A stretch of DNA of 63,827 nucleotides, the filler included, from Octopus bimaculoides (taxonomy: Eukaryota), in the NCBI RefSeq assembly GCF_001194135.2. It is 7 parts of 7 records of this genome, joined end to end, with 100 filler letters (N's around TTAATTAATTAA, not from the genome) between each part and the next. Parts side by side here need not be neighbours in the genome. Positions count along the whole stretch, not along the records: positions 1 to 30,585 come from NC_069003.1; positions 30,686 to 50,937 come from NC_068983.1; 5 more parts are not named here. One strand, written 5' to 3'. Each line of letters opens with the position of its first letter. Within the stretch, counting starts at the first letter, position 1. A program made the translations under genes and the position numbers. Of this stretch, positions 27,377 to 41,337 are shown piece after piece. The notes under the pieces were generated by a model. The model saw only the letters and a program-made list of their open reading frames with translations, did no database searches and had not been told where the DNA came from.

Positions 27377-27377
<1 letters not shown>
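26905..27377. repeat. Long palindrome (foldback/MITE-like): ~215-bp arms, 41-nt spacer, near (AAT)n tracts on both sides
   Basis: Left arm ~26905-27120 is the reverse complement of 27162-27377, with long perfect blocks such as TGTGTCTTTTACAATTTCAAAATATAAAATGAAATTAAAATACAAA. Confidence 0.9.
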
Positions 27378-27413
<36 letters not shown>

Positions 27414-28438
27414 AATTAAACCTTGGGAGAGGCATTATGCCAGTAATAAACACACGCACTGGTTCAGTCACATACGAAATAATAATAATGATAATAATAA
27501 TCCTTTCTTCTAAAGGCACAAGGCCTGAAATTTTGGGGGAGGGGACTAGCCGAATTTGAATAAAGACGTACGAAAAGCCAAAAGCCAGTCACAATCCCTA
27601 ATGCACCAATTATCATAGCTACAACCTTAACGCATGATTTCTTCTTATTCTTCTTCTTCTTCTTCGAAGAAACCTGTAAAGGTTGAACTGCTGGTCATCC
27701 ATAAACAATATTACCCAGGCGTGTACATCGAAAGGGACTTTCTAGGTACAACCCCATAGTCATTCATGAAGGAAGGGGGTCTTTACCCTTTACCTCTGTC
27801 ACTCTTCGTTTTTCTAGGTAGGGATGTCGGCCTCACGGAAACCCATTTTGACCTCTGGGAAGAGGCGGTCCATATTAATCTGGCCTCTGTCCTTTGTCCA
27901 GCATGGAAGGTCCAACGAGGAGCTCTCAAGGCCAATGAAATATACGAGCCATCACATCGCAACAAGGATTGGACCTTGTGGTGATTGTTGAGCCCCATAT
28001 CGGTCCTCTATTCTGTAGACATTTCTCATTAAAAGCGTTCCAGCCGTGACAAAGCAGTCTTTTAGTCAGACATGGTGTAATCTATAAGAGGTGGTGCTAA
28101 TGAAAAGATTCTTCTATTTCTAGTAAATGGACAATTCCTTTGAGAATCGCAGAAAAACAGAAATATTTGATTTATTGTGAAATGTCGAACTTTCTTCCTC
28201 GTTCCATATATTCAATTCTGACTCATTCTTCCAGGACGCACAGACAGACACACACACATATACACACATGCGTACGTAGTAAAAGCACACATACACACAC
28301 ACAGACACACACATGGATATAGATGTCGATGTTTGCATAAATACACGCATACATACATGTGCGCAAGCACAAATGCATACATATACACACATGTATATAT
28401 ATGCATATGCATACATAAACACATACACATACTCGCAT

Positions 28439-28485
<47 letters not shown>

Positions 28486-29199
28486 TACATATATTATTCC
28501 AGAAATATACATGATCAAATATAAAACCATTAATGCACACCTACGCGCGCACACACACACACATATATATCTACAAACACATACATAGACGTACGCACAC
28601 ACATACACACCTACATACATACATATTCATACGTACACGAACATTCAGACATACACATATCTAAACATATATACACACGGAGACACACGCATATATTTAT
28701 CGAGACACATACAGATATATCTGTACACACATATACACACATACATATACACGCACACATATTTATACATACATATATATATATATATNNNNNNNNNNTA
28801 TATATCTATATATATACATGCACACACAAACACACACACAAACACACACACGAAGACACATAGCTACACACTTGAGGAAGCTCTTCATAACATACATACA
28901 TGCATACATATATACATACACACATACATACATGCAAATATGTATACATGCATTCATGCTTATGCATACATACCCACGCGTATTACACATTGATATGGAC
29001 ACACACACACGCACAAACACACACATGCGCGCGCACACACACACATACACAGGCACACAAACGCACATGACTACTGTCTCGTGCCAGCTAATTATTATAT
29101 ACACACGTATGTACATATATGCTTATATACGCATACACCCTCGCATACACCTACGCATATATTTATATATCCATGCACACATTCACACTCGCAAAACAA

Positions 29200-29890
29200 C
29201 ATACGTATAAACACGCATGCACACACTAAAATACACGCATACACTCACTAAAATGCACATATACACTTACTAAAAGCACACATACACATACCTACACATG
29301 TACATATATTTTCATGAATGCAAACACACGTACGCACACTAAATGCACACACATACACACTCTAAAAACGCACACATACATACACGCACACTAAAAGCAC
29401 ATACACACATGTTTATGAATACAAACACACACACTAAGAACACACGTATACACACACACTAAGAACACACGTATACACACATTAGACACACAAACGCGCG
29501 CACACTAAAAACACACACACTAAAACACACGTATACACACACAAGACACACATACTCAAGACAGACATACACACACATATACACACACACTAAAGCCACA
29601 TACACATATATTTATGACGACACATACACACACTAAAGACACACACTAAAGACGCACACAAAAACCACGTACACACATACCAGGTACGCACACACATACA
29701 CATTAAAAACACAATACATACACTAAAAGCACGCATTAAAAACACATACACACATTAAACACATACATATACATACACATTAAAATTACACACATACATT
29801 AAAAGCACAAACACACATACACGTATTAAAAGCATAAACACACATTAAAAGCATAAACACACACATATACACAAAAGCACACACACAAAT

Positions 29891-29900
<10 letters not shown>
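29200..29900. repeat. Degenerate CA-rich minisatellite with recurring CAC(A)CTAAAA/CATTAAAA units
   Basis: ACTAAAA/ACTAAGA/ATTAAAA recurs every ~20-30 nt in a (CA)n background. Confidence 0.7.
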
Positions 29901-29921
<21 letters not shown>

Positions 29922-30629
29922 TAGCTACAGTCCAGTGCAAGCCAATTATTATATTCATCTGTTGCTAAGTGGATCAGAAATTCGATATATCACAGAATAG
30001 ACAGACTTTACCATTCCTTCGCCACTATCATCACAATTCCATCTTATTCCACTGACAACTAGAATAACTTCCCTTTACTCATCAACACAAAGAAATCTAC
30101 CCCCGTTCCCCTACCCTCACGCGCTTCTACGCGCGCCAACCCTTCATCGACATCCAGCAATAGTGCTTAAATAAATAAATAAATAAAAGCCCGCCAAAAA
30201 AGACAGGCTCAAAGCTAGTCCCTTTAGGGGCACTTCCCTCATTTTATTTTATATATTTTGAGTCCTGAGGTTCATAAGGCAGGTTACCTGGTTTCCGTGG
30301 CGTGGAACCGAGTGCGAGATCTCGCAACCTTTCTCTTTGAACGGGTTCGAAGCCAGCAGTTTCGGTGTGGGTGGGTGATCTTTAGGGGGGACAAGTTAGT
30401 GACATCTGTTCCAGTAAGTTATTTTATCGATGACAAAAGGTGGAAATTGGGACTCGGATCGAAGAGTCGGAAGAAATACCGCTGCGCATTTTGTCCGAAG
30501 CGCTAACGATTCTGCCAATAATAATAATAATTATTATTATTATTATTTCAAATTTTCGCCACAAAGGCAGCTTGGGGGTAGGTGGNNNNNNNNNNNNNNN
30601 NNNNNNNNNNNNNNNNNNNNNNNNNNNNN

Positions 30630-30641
30630 TTAATTAATTAA
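30630..30641. other. Artificial scaffolding spacer TTAATTAATTAA inside a 100-bp gap (also 50982, 56888, 59211, 61013, 62752)
   Basis: N44-TTAATTAATTAA-N44 here, with the same 12-mer centred in five other gaps; it has stops in all six frames. Confidence 0.95.
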
Positions 30642-31329
30642 NNNNNNNNNNNNNNNNNNNNNNNNNNNNNNNNNNNNNNNNNNNNTATATATATATATAT
30701 ATATCATGTCAGGTCACATGTGAAGTCTCATGGAATCCAGTACAGCCTGTCCCATGGTCGGGTCGTCTTTAGTTATATTTTCCATTTCATTAGTAATTTA
30801 ATTGCATATAAATAGAGGTAAACCATTCCAAGTTAGACACAGATTCCACGTAAACATAAGAAATGATGTTTTATTTGTACCTCCACCAATGGTAAATACA
30901 TAAACATATACGTATATTCTTATGTGTGAGAGACAGAGAGTTTGTTTTCCCGTTTTTTCCCATTATTTTGCTTCTGTCGATCCATGGTATGTTTTCGGCA
31001 AAACATATGAGAAATATTATATAAATTGCGAACATTTAAGTGCTACAAGAAATGCGTGCCTTGATGTTAAACAGCCTTTTGTAGACGCTTCCCGAGCCAC
31101 ATATATCAGTACGTAGCTTACTCGCAGTTCGTTGTTCAAATTTCAGTTGCTTGACTGAATATAATTTTTTTTCGGACACACACACACACACACACACACA
31201 CGCGCGCGCAGCACCATGTTTATACCCAAAGATACTTACACATATCGTTCAAATGGGAAATAATGTTGGCCTGTAACTCTCCTTCTCCAACAAACCTTCT
31301 TCCTGTTCTTATCGTAATGATTTCTTGAC

Positions 31330-32130
31330 AACAGAATGTGCAAGCAGTCTAACGTCCACACAAACCTCTGTATTGTCTATGGAGATTGACAATAGCAATG
31401 TGCACAAATAGAAGAAGTTTAATTAATGGAAAGCCAATATTGAAGACAAACCACATTCAGTTACCATCAATTGTGAACACTGGCATGAATCGCCAGTGAC
31501 TGGACAAACGGATTCCTACGGAGAGTCGAGTCACATTCTATAAGTTTACTGCACAACCGGACTGTGTTCAGAATGCAGTAAAGACGTTAGCATAAGACGT
31601 CGTGTTGGAAATTGTGTGCAAAGTGGGTACCTCGACAGTTGACAACCAATATCAAGGAAAGAAAAGTGGAAGTCTATTCTGATCTGCTAGAAGTACTTGA
31701 AGCCAGTGAAGACATTTTTTTTCGATCCAGTGACTGGTGATGCAATCTAAGCATACTTTTATAATTCGGAAAAAACGGCTCAGTTCATATAATGGCAAGT
31801 TTTAACAATTGCAAAGCCAGCGATCAAGGTATAGTTATAATAGATGTTTGAAAGGACGACAAAGGCATAATTCGCCTCAATTTTCTGAAACATCGCTGCA
31901 GTGTGAATAGCAAGCGGTATACTGGGACACTCAAAAAGCTTAGAAAAGCTTCTGAATGAAGAGACCTAATAAGAATCTGGAAACACTCTGTGATTATACA
32001 CGATGATACGCAACTTTAGCAGCACATTGGTTGTGAAGAAGTGAGTTAAACAATACATATCTGAAATTTTTCTAAGAGTGTTCGTGAATTGGGTTCAACG
32101 CATTGCTTGGGAGTAAGCCTATTGCTACAA
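31330..32130 (+). mobile_element. Decayed mariner transposase
   Basis: VYGD...IEDKPHS; RKVEVYSDLLEVLEASEDIF; VTGDAI*AYFYNSEK (cf. VTGDETW); KGIIRLNFLKHRCSVNSKRYTGTLKKLR (cf. KGxIxxDFL...TVNS..Y..TL). Confidence 0.75.
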
Positions 32131-32414
32131 ATACGTTTTTATAAAGAATGAGTCACTCTGCTGATATGCACAATTTCAATGATCTATGTGAGTTAATAAA
32201 AAAGTTATATCCTATTTTACATTACTTTATGTAGAACCGTCTTACACACACATACAAGAACAAACATTCATGCTCACACATTGCAGGACACACATACACA
32301 CGTACAACACACATTCAGATACACACATACGCCATACGCACACACATCTATTTTGAACTGCATTTTTTTATTTTAGCTAGTCTGTTGAACGTTATTGATT
32401 TATATATAGTGTTT

Positions 32415-32447
<33 letters not shown>

Positions 32448-32458
32448 CATACATACAT

Positions 32459-32517
<59 letters not shown>

Positions 32518-32708
32518 NNNNNNNNNNNNNNNNNNNNNNNNNNNNNNNNNNNNNNNNNNNNNNNNNNNNNNNNNNNNNNNNNNNNNNNNNNNNNNNNNNN
32601 NNNNNNNNNNNNNNNNNNNNNNNNNNNNNNNNNNNNNNNNNNNNNNNNNNNNNNNNNNNNNNNNNNNNNNNNNNNNNNNNNNNNNNNNNNNNNNNNNNNN
32701 NNNNNNNN

Positions 32709-32764
<56 letters not shown>

Positions 32765-33289
32765 CACATATATGTTTATGTGTGTGCCTGTGTCTGTGTA
32801 TTGCCAATTAAGCAGTAAAATTTACGTTTCTGTTTTCTTCAGGGAACAGTAAATGGGTACAATAGATTATAAAACACGAGAAAATAAAATTAGAAGAAAT
32901 TGAAAACGATATTAAAGAAAGAAATGTTGAATTAATAGAAAACTAACGTTAAGATGACTACTCAAAAACAAATGAATAAATAACAGAGATATAACATTGT
33001 TTTTTAATGTGATATGAAGTTAGATGATCGACGATGTTGTAGACCCAAGATATTTCACAAGAAGAACAGAAAAGTGGAAAGAAATGAGTGACAGTTAATA
33101 AAAAAATTACGTCGGAATGAAATGAAATGAAATATATAGTCATTCGGGGAATAACACGACAAAAGTAATGGGTAAGAAAGCAGCTGTTTTTATCAAATAT
33201 AAATATTAAATGTCAGGGTAAATATTATCTATGTATATAAAAACAATATATGAATATACCTATGTTTGTTGAATTGTATATACATACAT

Positions 33290-33334
<45 letters not shown>

Positions 33335-34779
33335 NNNNNNNNNNNNNNNNNNNNNNNNNNNNNNNNNNNNNNNNNNNNNNNNNNNNNNNNNNNNNNNNNN
33401 NNNNNNNNNNNNNNNNNNNNNNNNNNNNNNNNNNNNNNNNNNNNNNNNNNNNNNNNNNNNNNNNNNNNNNNNNNNNNNNNNNNNNNNNNNNNNNNNNNNN
33501 NNNNNNNNNNNNNNNNNNNNNNNNNNNNNNNNNNNNNNNNNNNNNNNNNNNNNNNNNNNNNNNNNNNNNNNNNNNNNNNNNNNNNNNNNNNNNNNNNNNN
33601 NNNNNNNNNNNNNNNNNNNNNNNNNNNNNNNNNNNNNNNNNNNNNNNNNNNNNNNNNNNNNNNNNNNNNNNNNNNNNNNNNNNNNNNNNNNNNNNNNNNN
33701 NNNNNNNNNNNNNNNNNNNNNNNNNNNNNNNNNNNNNNNNNNNNNNNNNNNNNNNNNNNNNNNNNNNNNNNNNNNNNNNNNNNNNNNNNNNNNNNNNNNN
33801 NNNNNNNNNNNNNNNNNNNNNNNNNNNNNNNNNNNNNNNNNNNNNNNNNNNNNNNNNNNNNNNNNNNNNNNNNNNNNNNNNNNNNNNNNNNNNNNNNNNN
33901 NNNNNNNNNNNNNNNNNNNNNNNNNNNNNNNNNNNNNNNNNNNNNNNNNNNNNNNNNNNNNNNNNNNNNNNNNNNNNNNNNNNNNNNNNNNNNNNNNNNN
34001 NNNNNNNNNNNNNNNNNNNNNNNNNNNNNNNNNNNNNNNNNNNNNNNNNNNNNNNNNNNNNGCTCATTATAAAAATAAAGATAACTTTTCATATTTAATG
34101 TATAAACTTAATCTTTGTATCTATGAATTTATGCATGTACGTATGTATGTATATATGTATGCATGTACGTACGTATGAACGTATGTATCTATGCATGTAT
34201 GTACGTATGTACGCATGTATGTATGTATGCATGTTCCTATGTATGTATATATGTTACAAGTTTTAGGCTACAATTTTTCACCAACGTAATTGAAATTTGC
34301 AACTGGGGCATATCTTGTCAAGGAGGCTATGATAGGTTGTGTTTTTTTTTACTGATACTTTCTATAAATCCTAACAAAGTTGGGTACTGCTTCTATGTGA
34401 TTTTTATATTTATATTACTTATATTTCAACCTTTCTTGGTTATGTGGATTTTTCATCATGCTATTACTATGTCGTGTTGCGCTGTTTCCCGGCTTTTCAC
34501 GTCGAACTTAATCGGTACCACACTGAAATTCCCAGTCTCCCAGTAAATCTATCATCTTTTGTGCCATCTGTATAAGGTCTGAATCGATATACCGATATTC
34601 TTACTCTACTTCATTGGTGATTTACTTTGTGTCAAAATTCATGAGAATAATGAATAAAAATATAATGGAAGTAACACGACTGTCATGCTAAATTACTCAT
34701 TTGTCTATGATACCTATTTCTATAAAGTTCTATACTCGACGACATCGCGTGGGCATGCCGACCTTGAATCTATTAAAAG

Positions 34780-35060
34780 CAAAAGGAATCAGCCACTATT
34801 TATGCCAAGAAACACCAAAGCATCACACACAACTAAACATGGACGGAATTCAGTTCGAAAACCCACAGTTATTCCAAATGATGGGCCTTTCTATCACCAA
34901 GGATCTCTTCTGACGAAGACACATTCTCAGCATAGTTAATACTGCATACCAAATACTAGCCCTTCTCTTCGGGGCCAGAAAATATTTCAACTCCCTAACA
35001 GCTGCTGACACTCTATTAGACTCAAGTGGCCTGCTGCTCCTACTTTTATTTAATGTGGGG
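34780..35060 (+). mobile_element. L2/CR1-group LINE reverse transcriptase C-terminal fragment
   Basis: MMGLSITKDLF*RRHILSIVNTAYQILALLFGARKYF then (frameshift) QLLTLY*TQV, matching LGxxIxxDLSWxxHI...QLLxLYKAQ. Confidence 0.6.
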
Positions 35061-35649
35061 CTACTACCATGCACAAACAACCTGTTCTGCATCAAGAGAA
35101 GAGTCACTTGACTAATTTGTATTCAATCCCATAGGAACATGTTCCAAGCTCCAGCCCTCAAGCGTGCTGTCTCCTGTCTCCGTTTTTTTTTTTTATATCA
35201 CTACTATAATTGCCTCTGCTCTTCGAAGCTATGAATAATCGCCACCATTCGACAATCCCTCTCGTCATTCTGGATGCGTCCAACTCCAGCGTCACCACAC
35301 TAACCTTTATACTCAATCCACTCTCCGCGAAGAACATTGGTCTTCTGGAATCTATGGAATTTTGCCCTTGCTCATGTCTATCTTGCAGGTACTGATCTAC
35401 AATAGTTTAAATGAATTTTAAAAGCACTAAACAAACTAGTCGGAAGACCCAACAAGGATCATGGGAAATGTCCCTTTCTCTTGATTCAGCAAGTAAGGCT
35501 ACATATAATATCTAGTTACAGTGACATAGCATGTCATCTTGTGTCATATAATGACCCAGCTCATAAAGTGTTTTTTCTGTTGAAAACATTCGAACAAAAC
35601 CTTCGGTTTCCTCTCTGCTGGCGTTTTTCTTACTGACGTTATCCTACAG

Positions 35650-35729
35650 ATATTTTGCCTGAACCTCAGCCATACAAATCTCACCAGTGTGAGAGAACCA
35701 ATACAGCTCATGTGTATTGTTCAACGAAT
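35650..35729 (+). CDS. Possible 80-nt exon (LRR N-cap-like); speculative
   Basis: Acceptor TTATCCTACAG and donor GTAAAT. Frame 0 reads IFCLNLSHTNLTSVREPIQLMCIVQR and ends in phase 2; the alternative frame reads ILPEPQPYKSHQCERTNTAHVYCSTN. Confidence 0.2.
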
Positions 35730-35959
35730 GTAAATCAGCCCAGGAAAGATTGAGTTACATTCATGGTAATATCTGAATGAAGAATCTGAAATAAAAAAGA
35801 AAGGACATTACACAGAATAATGAAAACATAACAATGATGTTGCCATCGTGTGCAAGCCAGCTGGGAAGAGTTTTATCAAAATCGATTCCCAGAAAACCGA
35901 GAAATCCTAAATTTCACTCCTAATCTATTAGCGTGGTTCTGGATATACATATGTATATG

Positions 35960-36084
<125 letters not shown>

Positions 36085-36116
36085 TAGATAGATAGATACA
36101 TACATACATACATACA

Positions 36117-36150
<34 letters not shown>

Positions 36151-36783
36151 CATATGACCTTTTCAAATTTGTCTTCAAATTTCGCTAATGTCACCTTTGC
36201 TTTCCATCGTTCCGAAGTCGGTAAAATATTAAAAAAAAAAGCAATCAAGTACTGTGATAGATTTAATCGACTATACCCTCCCACAACAAAATGTGTGATC
36301 ATGTATTGATTTTAAAATTAGATATTTAGTTATACGCCTTTAACGTTAAAAATTCAAGCCCTGCAGGGGTCAATTTCTCACCACCACCTTCTCTCTCCTC
36401 CCCCCTCTCCCCTATCTCTTTCCCTCCTCTCGCACTCTTCTCCTCACTCTCCTCTTTTTCTTCGTCTTTCCTTTTTCTTTCCCCTCAGTCTCTCCTCTTC
36501 CATCTGCCCCCCCCCCGTCTTTCTGTCTCTCTCTTTCTCTTCCTTTATCCAGTACACGAGAGCACATATATACATGCTACTATACACATTAGCACATGAT
36601 AATTACAGAAACCACAGGTACGTAAATCCTGACATTTAATCATACAACCTAGGTTTTACCTCATTTATTTAAGCTGCACCTTAATCATCGTTCATTATTT
36701 TGCTATTTATATATTTTAAAGTCTTTGTTGGAGTGATTGAAATGATCATGTATTTACAGCCCTTTCTGTACTTGAACTCCTAT

Positions 36784-37297
36784 TCATTTTGGTTGTAAAT
36801 TAATATAGCGGTCGTATCCAAGATTTGTCTTAACACTGCACCAGGAATCTCTGTCTTCCATTAGCTTTGTAGGTCCTGAAATCTGTTTCATGTCTTTGTC
36901 AATAAATGCATTGAAGTGGTCATCGTCCTTTATTAAAGTGTTTAAGTCTCCAAAATATAATATTTTACATAGCTTATTGTTCGGCATAAAGCTTCCCATT
37001 GATCTTGTGCTCACACCATGAGACATCATGAGAAACCTGCGGAAAGTATCATCAAAGCGAACTTGAAGGTTCTTTTTCAACGTTCAGATTTCCGATCCAT
37101 AGAGGAGGATACGATTTACACATGTCCTGAAGAAGACCAGGCTTGTTGACTGGTAACTTGTTATAGGCTATCCAGAATAATTGCATGAGTGTCAGAAAGT
37201 CTTGCTTTGTGTTAATAACATAATACTCAAGATATTTGAAATCTCCTTTAGTTATATGCGGGTGTAGAAACAAATTTGCAATTGGCTTTGCAGTATT
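36784..37297 (-). pseudogene. Unassigned coding-like segment (~170 aa) with one frameshift, preceded by a splice acceptor
   Basis: Acceptor CTGTTCCTTTCAG, then NTAKPIANLFLHPHITKGDFKYLEYY...YPPLWIGNLNVEK, shifting at an A run (~37074-37080) into NLQVRFDDTFRRFLMMSHG...YDRYINLQPK*. Composition is globular; I recognise no family. Confidence 0.45.
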
Positions 37298-40017
37298 CTG
37301 AAAGGAACAGTTAATATGGTACAGTGATTTTTAAGTCGCAAAGTAAGAAATTATTGTTGTGGGAGGACAGTCGAAAATATTGTCTCCAATACATGTTTGC
37401 AACATATATGATCGATCCAGAAAGAATGAAAGGCAAAGTTGACTTTTACAGAATCTTTTAAATTCGGAACATAAATAGTTATTACTAAACACAGCATGAT
37501 GTATTTTTCTGGCATTCCGGTGATTCTGCTAATCTGCTACAAGATCATTCATTCCACAATAATTTCCTTTTTCTATTCCCCCACTCATGTTCCCCATCTC
37601 CCTCTTCATACCCCTCATCATCATCCTCAGCAAAATTGACAATCTGCTTTGTCAAAGAGAAAATAATTGAATCCTCTAGTATTGAGCAGCTAAAATTAGG
37701 GTGATGATGATGAGATGAAGAGAAATAAGAGAATATCAGTAAGAGCTGTTGACATTCACAAAACCCTTTCATTTCTAAAAAAAAGGGGTATAATCAATTT
37801 AATTGACTATGATATTGAACATTTCATTAGATCCGGAAGGATGACATTCTACATTAAATCTAATGGGATTTGAACTTTGAGCTAATAAAAAGATGCCGTT
37901 AGTAAATTCTACTAGATATCTATCCCGAATCTGTATTAGCCAAACAGGTGAAACTCGGTTTTTACTTTATTCGGTAACTATGTATCAATCGCAAATATTC
38001 TATGCGTTCTGCCGAAATGACTTTAGATGGATAAATGCATCATCGTGTCGTTGAGAATCTCCTTTCCTTCGCAGCTAAAGAATTTTGTATTCATCCCCAT
38101 TGAGTGTCTTCTTATATAGACAGGGGTCGATCAAAAGCATGTGCGTAAAATCTAGTCGACTGAAATTGTGTGCATCCCCGTAGAAGTGATCGTTTTTTTT
38201 TTGTTTGCTTGTTTGTTTGTTTTTGCTGGTTAGACTTCAATATTTCCCCCGGTATAGCACCGTCGTCTACTTCTTGAGTGCTTTGAGCGAGGTTTAATCT
38301 ATTGCAAGCATTTAGGGAGCAAGGATTTATGCGTCTTTCAAATCACAGAAAGGGGCATGGACGTTGCTCTTCCTCCTATGATTAAACCTTTAAAAGCAAA
38401 ACGTATATCATGTTAGGAGGTGCAACTCAACATTTCAATACCAATGACATATAAAGTGATTATGCTACTTGTAGATTTGCGATAAGCTACTTCCGTAGTT
38501 TATTGAAGATGAGACTGGAATTTTTTTAAAGATCAAATAAGGGCAATTGTTATCGAATGTATTATCTCCAGCACTCAAAACGAAAAAGAAAATTATGATA
38601 CGTTAAAACCGGCAATTTGCAAGGTGTACCAAGTTTCTATACTATCGCTTTCAGATTATTTGTTGAAGACAAACTATCACGCGAAACAATAATATAACAG
38701 GCTAAAATATATTATAATATTTAATATAGTTTTGTTCTTGTGGGTGCAAATGCTACGAGGTCAAATTTTGCCTTTCGTATTTGCGGTATTAATTCCATTA
38801 AATTACATCTTCCTTTTAGTCATGTAGCGTTATACCATTGAGGAAATCAATATTGAAGACTTGCAATATACTGGAGTAACAGATCCATATCGTGCTACAG
38901 TTTTATAGTACTTAGTTCCGAACTCTTGTGTTCTAAATTAGTACTCAGTCATTATCACAAGTTATGAATTAATACTTAGAGCTGAGGTCATATTGCTGGT
39001 TATGGACTAGTATTTTTGGTTTCAATATACTACAGATTATTTGCCTACCACCAGTGTAAGAAATCATTGTTATTATCCAAAATACATGATTCCTTTGATG
39101 TAACAGAAGGCATAGAACACTGGCTGGACAAAATGCCTCACGATATTTAGTTACCTCCTCTTATATCAAAAGTTCAAAACCCACGAGTGTTGACTAAGCC
39201 TTACATCCCCTCGAAATCCATACAATAAGCATCAGTCAAATTTAGGCTCAAATTAATAGCAATGTTAGATTATAAATCCGTGCATATTATCCATACCTCA
39301 AAGAAAGTAAGGGAGAGACAGAAATCACAATGTATTAGACTAACTGCTTTAGAGTATTTACTTTCATCGATAAAACACTTAACAGACATTCGCCAATGTT
39401 GATTCGATCAATATATAGCCTGTCTTTGCAAATATGTTGTCTTGTGATTATGTATGCAATCACTATTCTCCAGTATATGTAAACAATGCGCAAAGATAAT
39501 TTCTTTAGTAATTATGGGAAAAAAAATCAATCAAAAGACTAGTAGGATCTTCAAAAATTTGCTTTCTAATCTACTGATTTTCTTTAATTATTACCCTCGC
39601 TCACTCCTAGTGTCTGCATTACAAGTGGATAATTTATGTCAGAAGCTATGCATCAAATAAACTACGACAAAAGGCCAGAACTATTTACTCAGCTGTGTTT
39701 TATAACTACTTAATCTGCAAGAAACAACGTGCCTACTAAATTAGTGAAGTATTTTCACTGAAGATTGGTTGCTTCCTTTTCTTGATAAACTCATAAAAAC
39801 TTTTCTCCTCGACTTATCAGAAGCTGCATTCTATCATGCAGTGGCGGATGTGCTACAAATCATTGATGCTTTTAATTTTTTTAAATACAGTAACATAAAA
39901 ATCAAATGTTCTGGAATTCTTTTTGTCACTTCCCAAAATTTTATGGACGAGAGGTTAACGTTTGTTTTAAAGATTGCGAAGATTCCAGAATAACGGCACC
40001 AAATAATTAACTTCCCG

Positions 40018-40115
<98 letters not shown>

Positions 40116-40632
40116 GTGTGTGTGTGTATGTGTGTCTTTGTGTGTGTGTGTGTGTGTACTTTAATCGAAGTACACGCACGCATCACGGGTCGTAAATTTC
40201 TTACGTGGTAGTCGATGCCGCCCTACGATATTAGTGCTTATTCTTAATAGTATGAAGAATGTCTGTAAAATAGAATGGAACCAATTAGAAATTGAAACTG
40301 GTTGGAAGATTGTGTTTACCCAGATGTTACTCGTATGCAATCTAATTAATTACATACGATTTACAATGACCAATTTCTCTGAACCAAGTACGAAACAGCA
40401 ACAGAAGATAAAAAATGAGATGTTGAGACTGTTATATTTTTCTAAGGGTATCAGTATCAAAAGAGATTCGAGTTCACCAGAGACTTGCAATATATTGTGT
40501 AAGATCTCAGCAGTTATTATAGCTTTATTATAATTTTTAACAGTTTACTCTTCCTGGTTTACATACGATAGAGATAACGAAAAGGGGGAGAAAAATTGAA
40601 AGCAAAGTTAAGAATGAATATCGGCTTGAATA

Positions 40633-40668
<36 letters not shown>

Positions 40669-40861
40669 TATACACATATGCATGTATGTATATATATATA
40701 TATATATATACGCACATACATACATACATACATACATACGTACGTACATACATAGAAAAATATCCTGTTGTTGGCAAGAAATCCTGAAATAAAACTGAAT
40801 AATTGCATACATACATACATACATACATACATGCATACATATGTATATACATATGGAAACA

Positions 40862-41337
40862 CAAATAGTGAGCGGTGTTCCACAGGGCACTGTCTTGGGA
40901 CCACTGCTTTTCAAAGTGGCCCTCTCGGATATACCCTCAGCTGCCCGGATAGCCTCCCTTACTAGCTACGCAGACGATACGAATGTCTCGCAGATAATAC
41001 AGAACCCCAGCGATGTTCCAAAGATCCCAACAATGCCATTGCGCTTCAGGACCAGTTACTGCAAAAGCCTGGGTTTCAGGGGCCTACCGCTTTTTAATAT
41101 TCCCCCAAAGAGCCTGAGGAACCTGCACAAAGTAGATGTAGGCGTTTTTAAATCAAGGCTGGACCTCTTCCTGTCGAGAGTCCCAGATGAGCCTACCTCA
41201 CGGCAAGAGGTGCAAATGAGAGTAGATATATCAAACTCCATTCTTCACCAAGTGCCACACATTGGAGGAGGCTCTCAGTAATAAGAGTGTAGCAAAACGG
41301 CGGTGCATCAGCATGGCCGCAGCTCTGAGCTGAAACT
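40862..41337 (+). mobile_element. CR1-group LINE fragment: RT motifs joined by internal deletion to the C-terminus and 3' UTR
   Basis: SGVPQGTVLGPLLF...YADDT, then FRGLPLFNIPPKSLRNL...FKSRLDLFLSRVPDEP; 3' tail GGCGGTGCATCAGCATGGCCGCAGCTCTGAGCTGAAAC. Confidence 0.9.

Noticed and set aside
30586-30685. Recurrent TTAATTAATTAA 12-mer
   Set aside because: Always centred in an N gap; an artificial scaffolding spacer.
32843-32848. Possible 6-nt microexon GGAACA (strong acceptor, GTAAAT donor)
   Set aside because: Such signals arise often by chance in AT-rich introns; no supporting evidence without RNA-seq.
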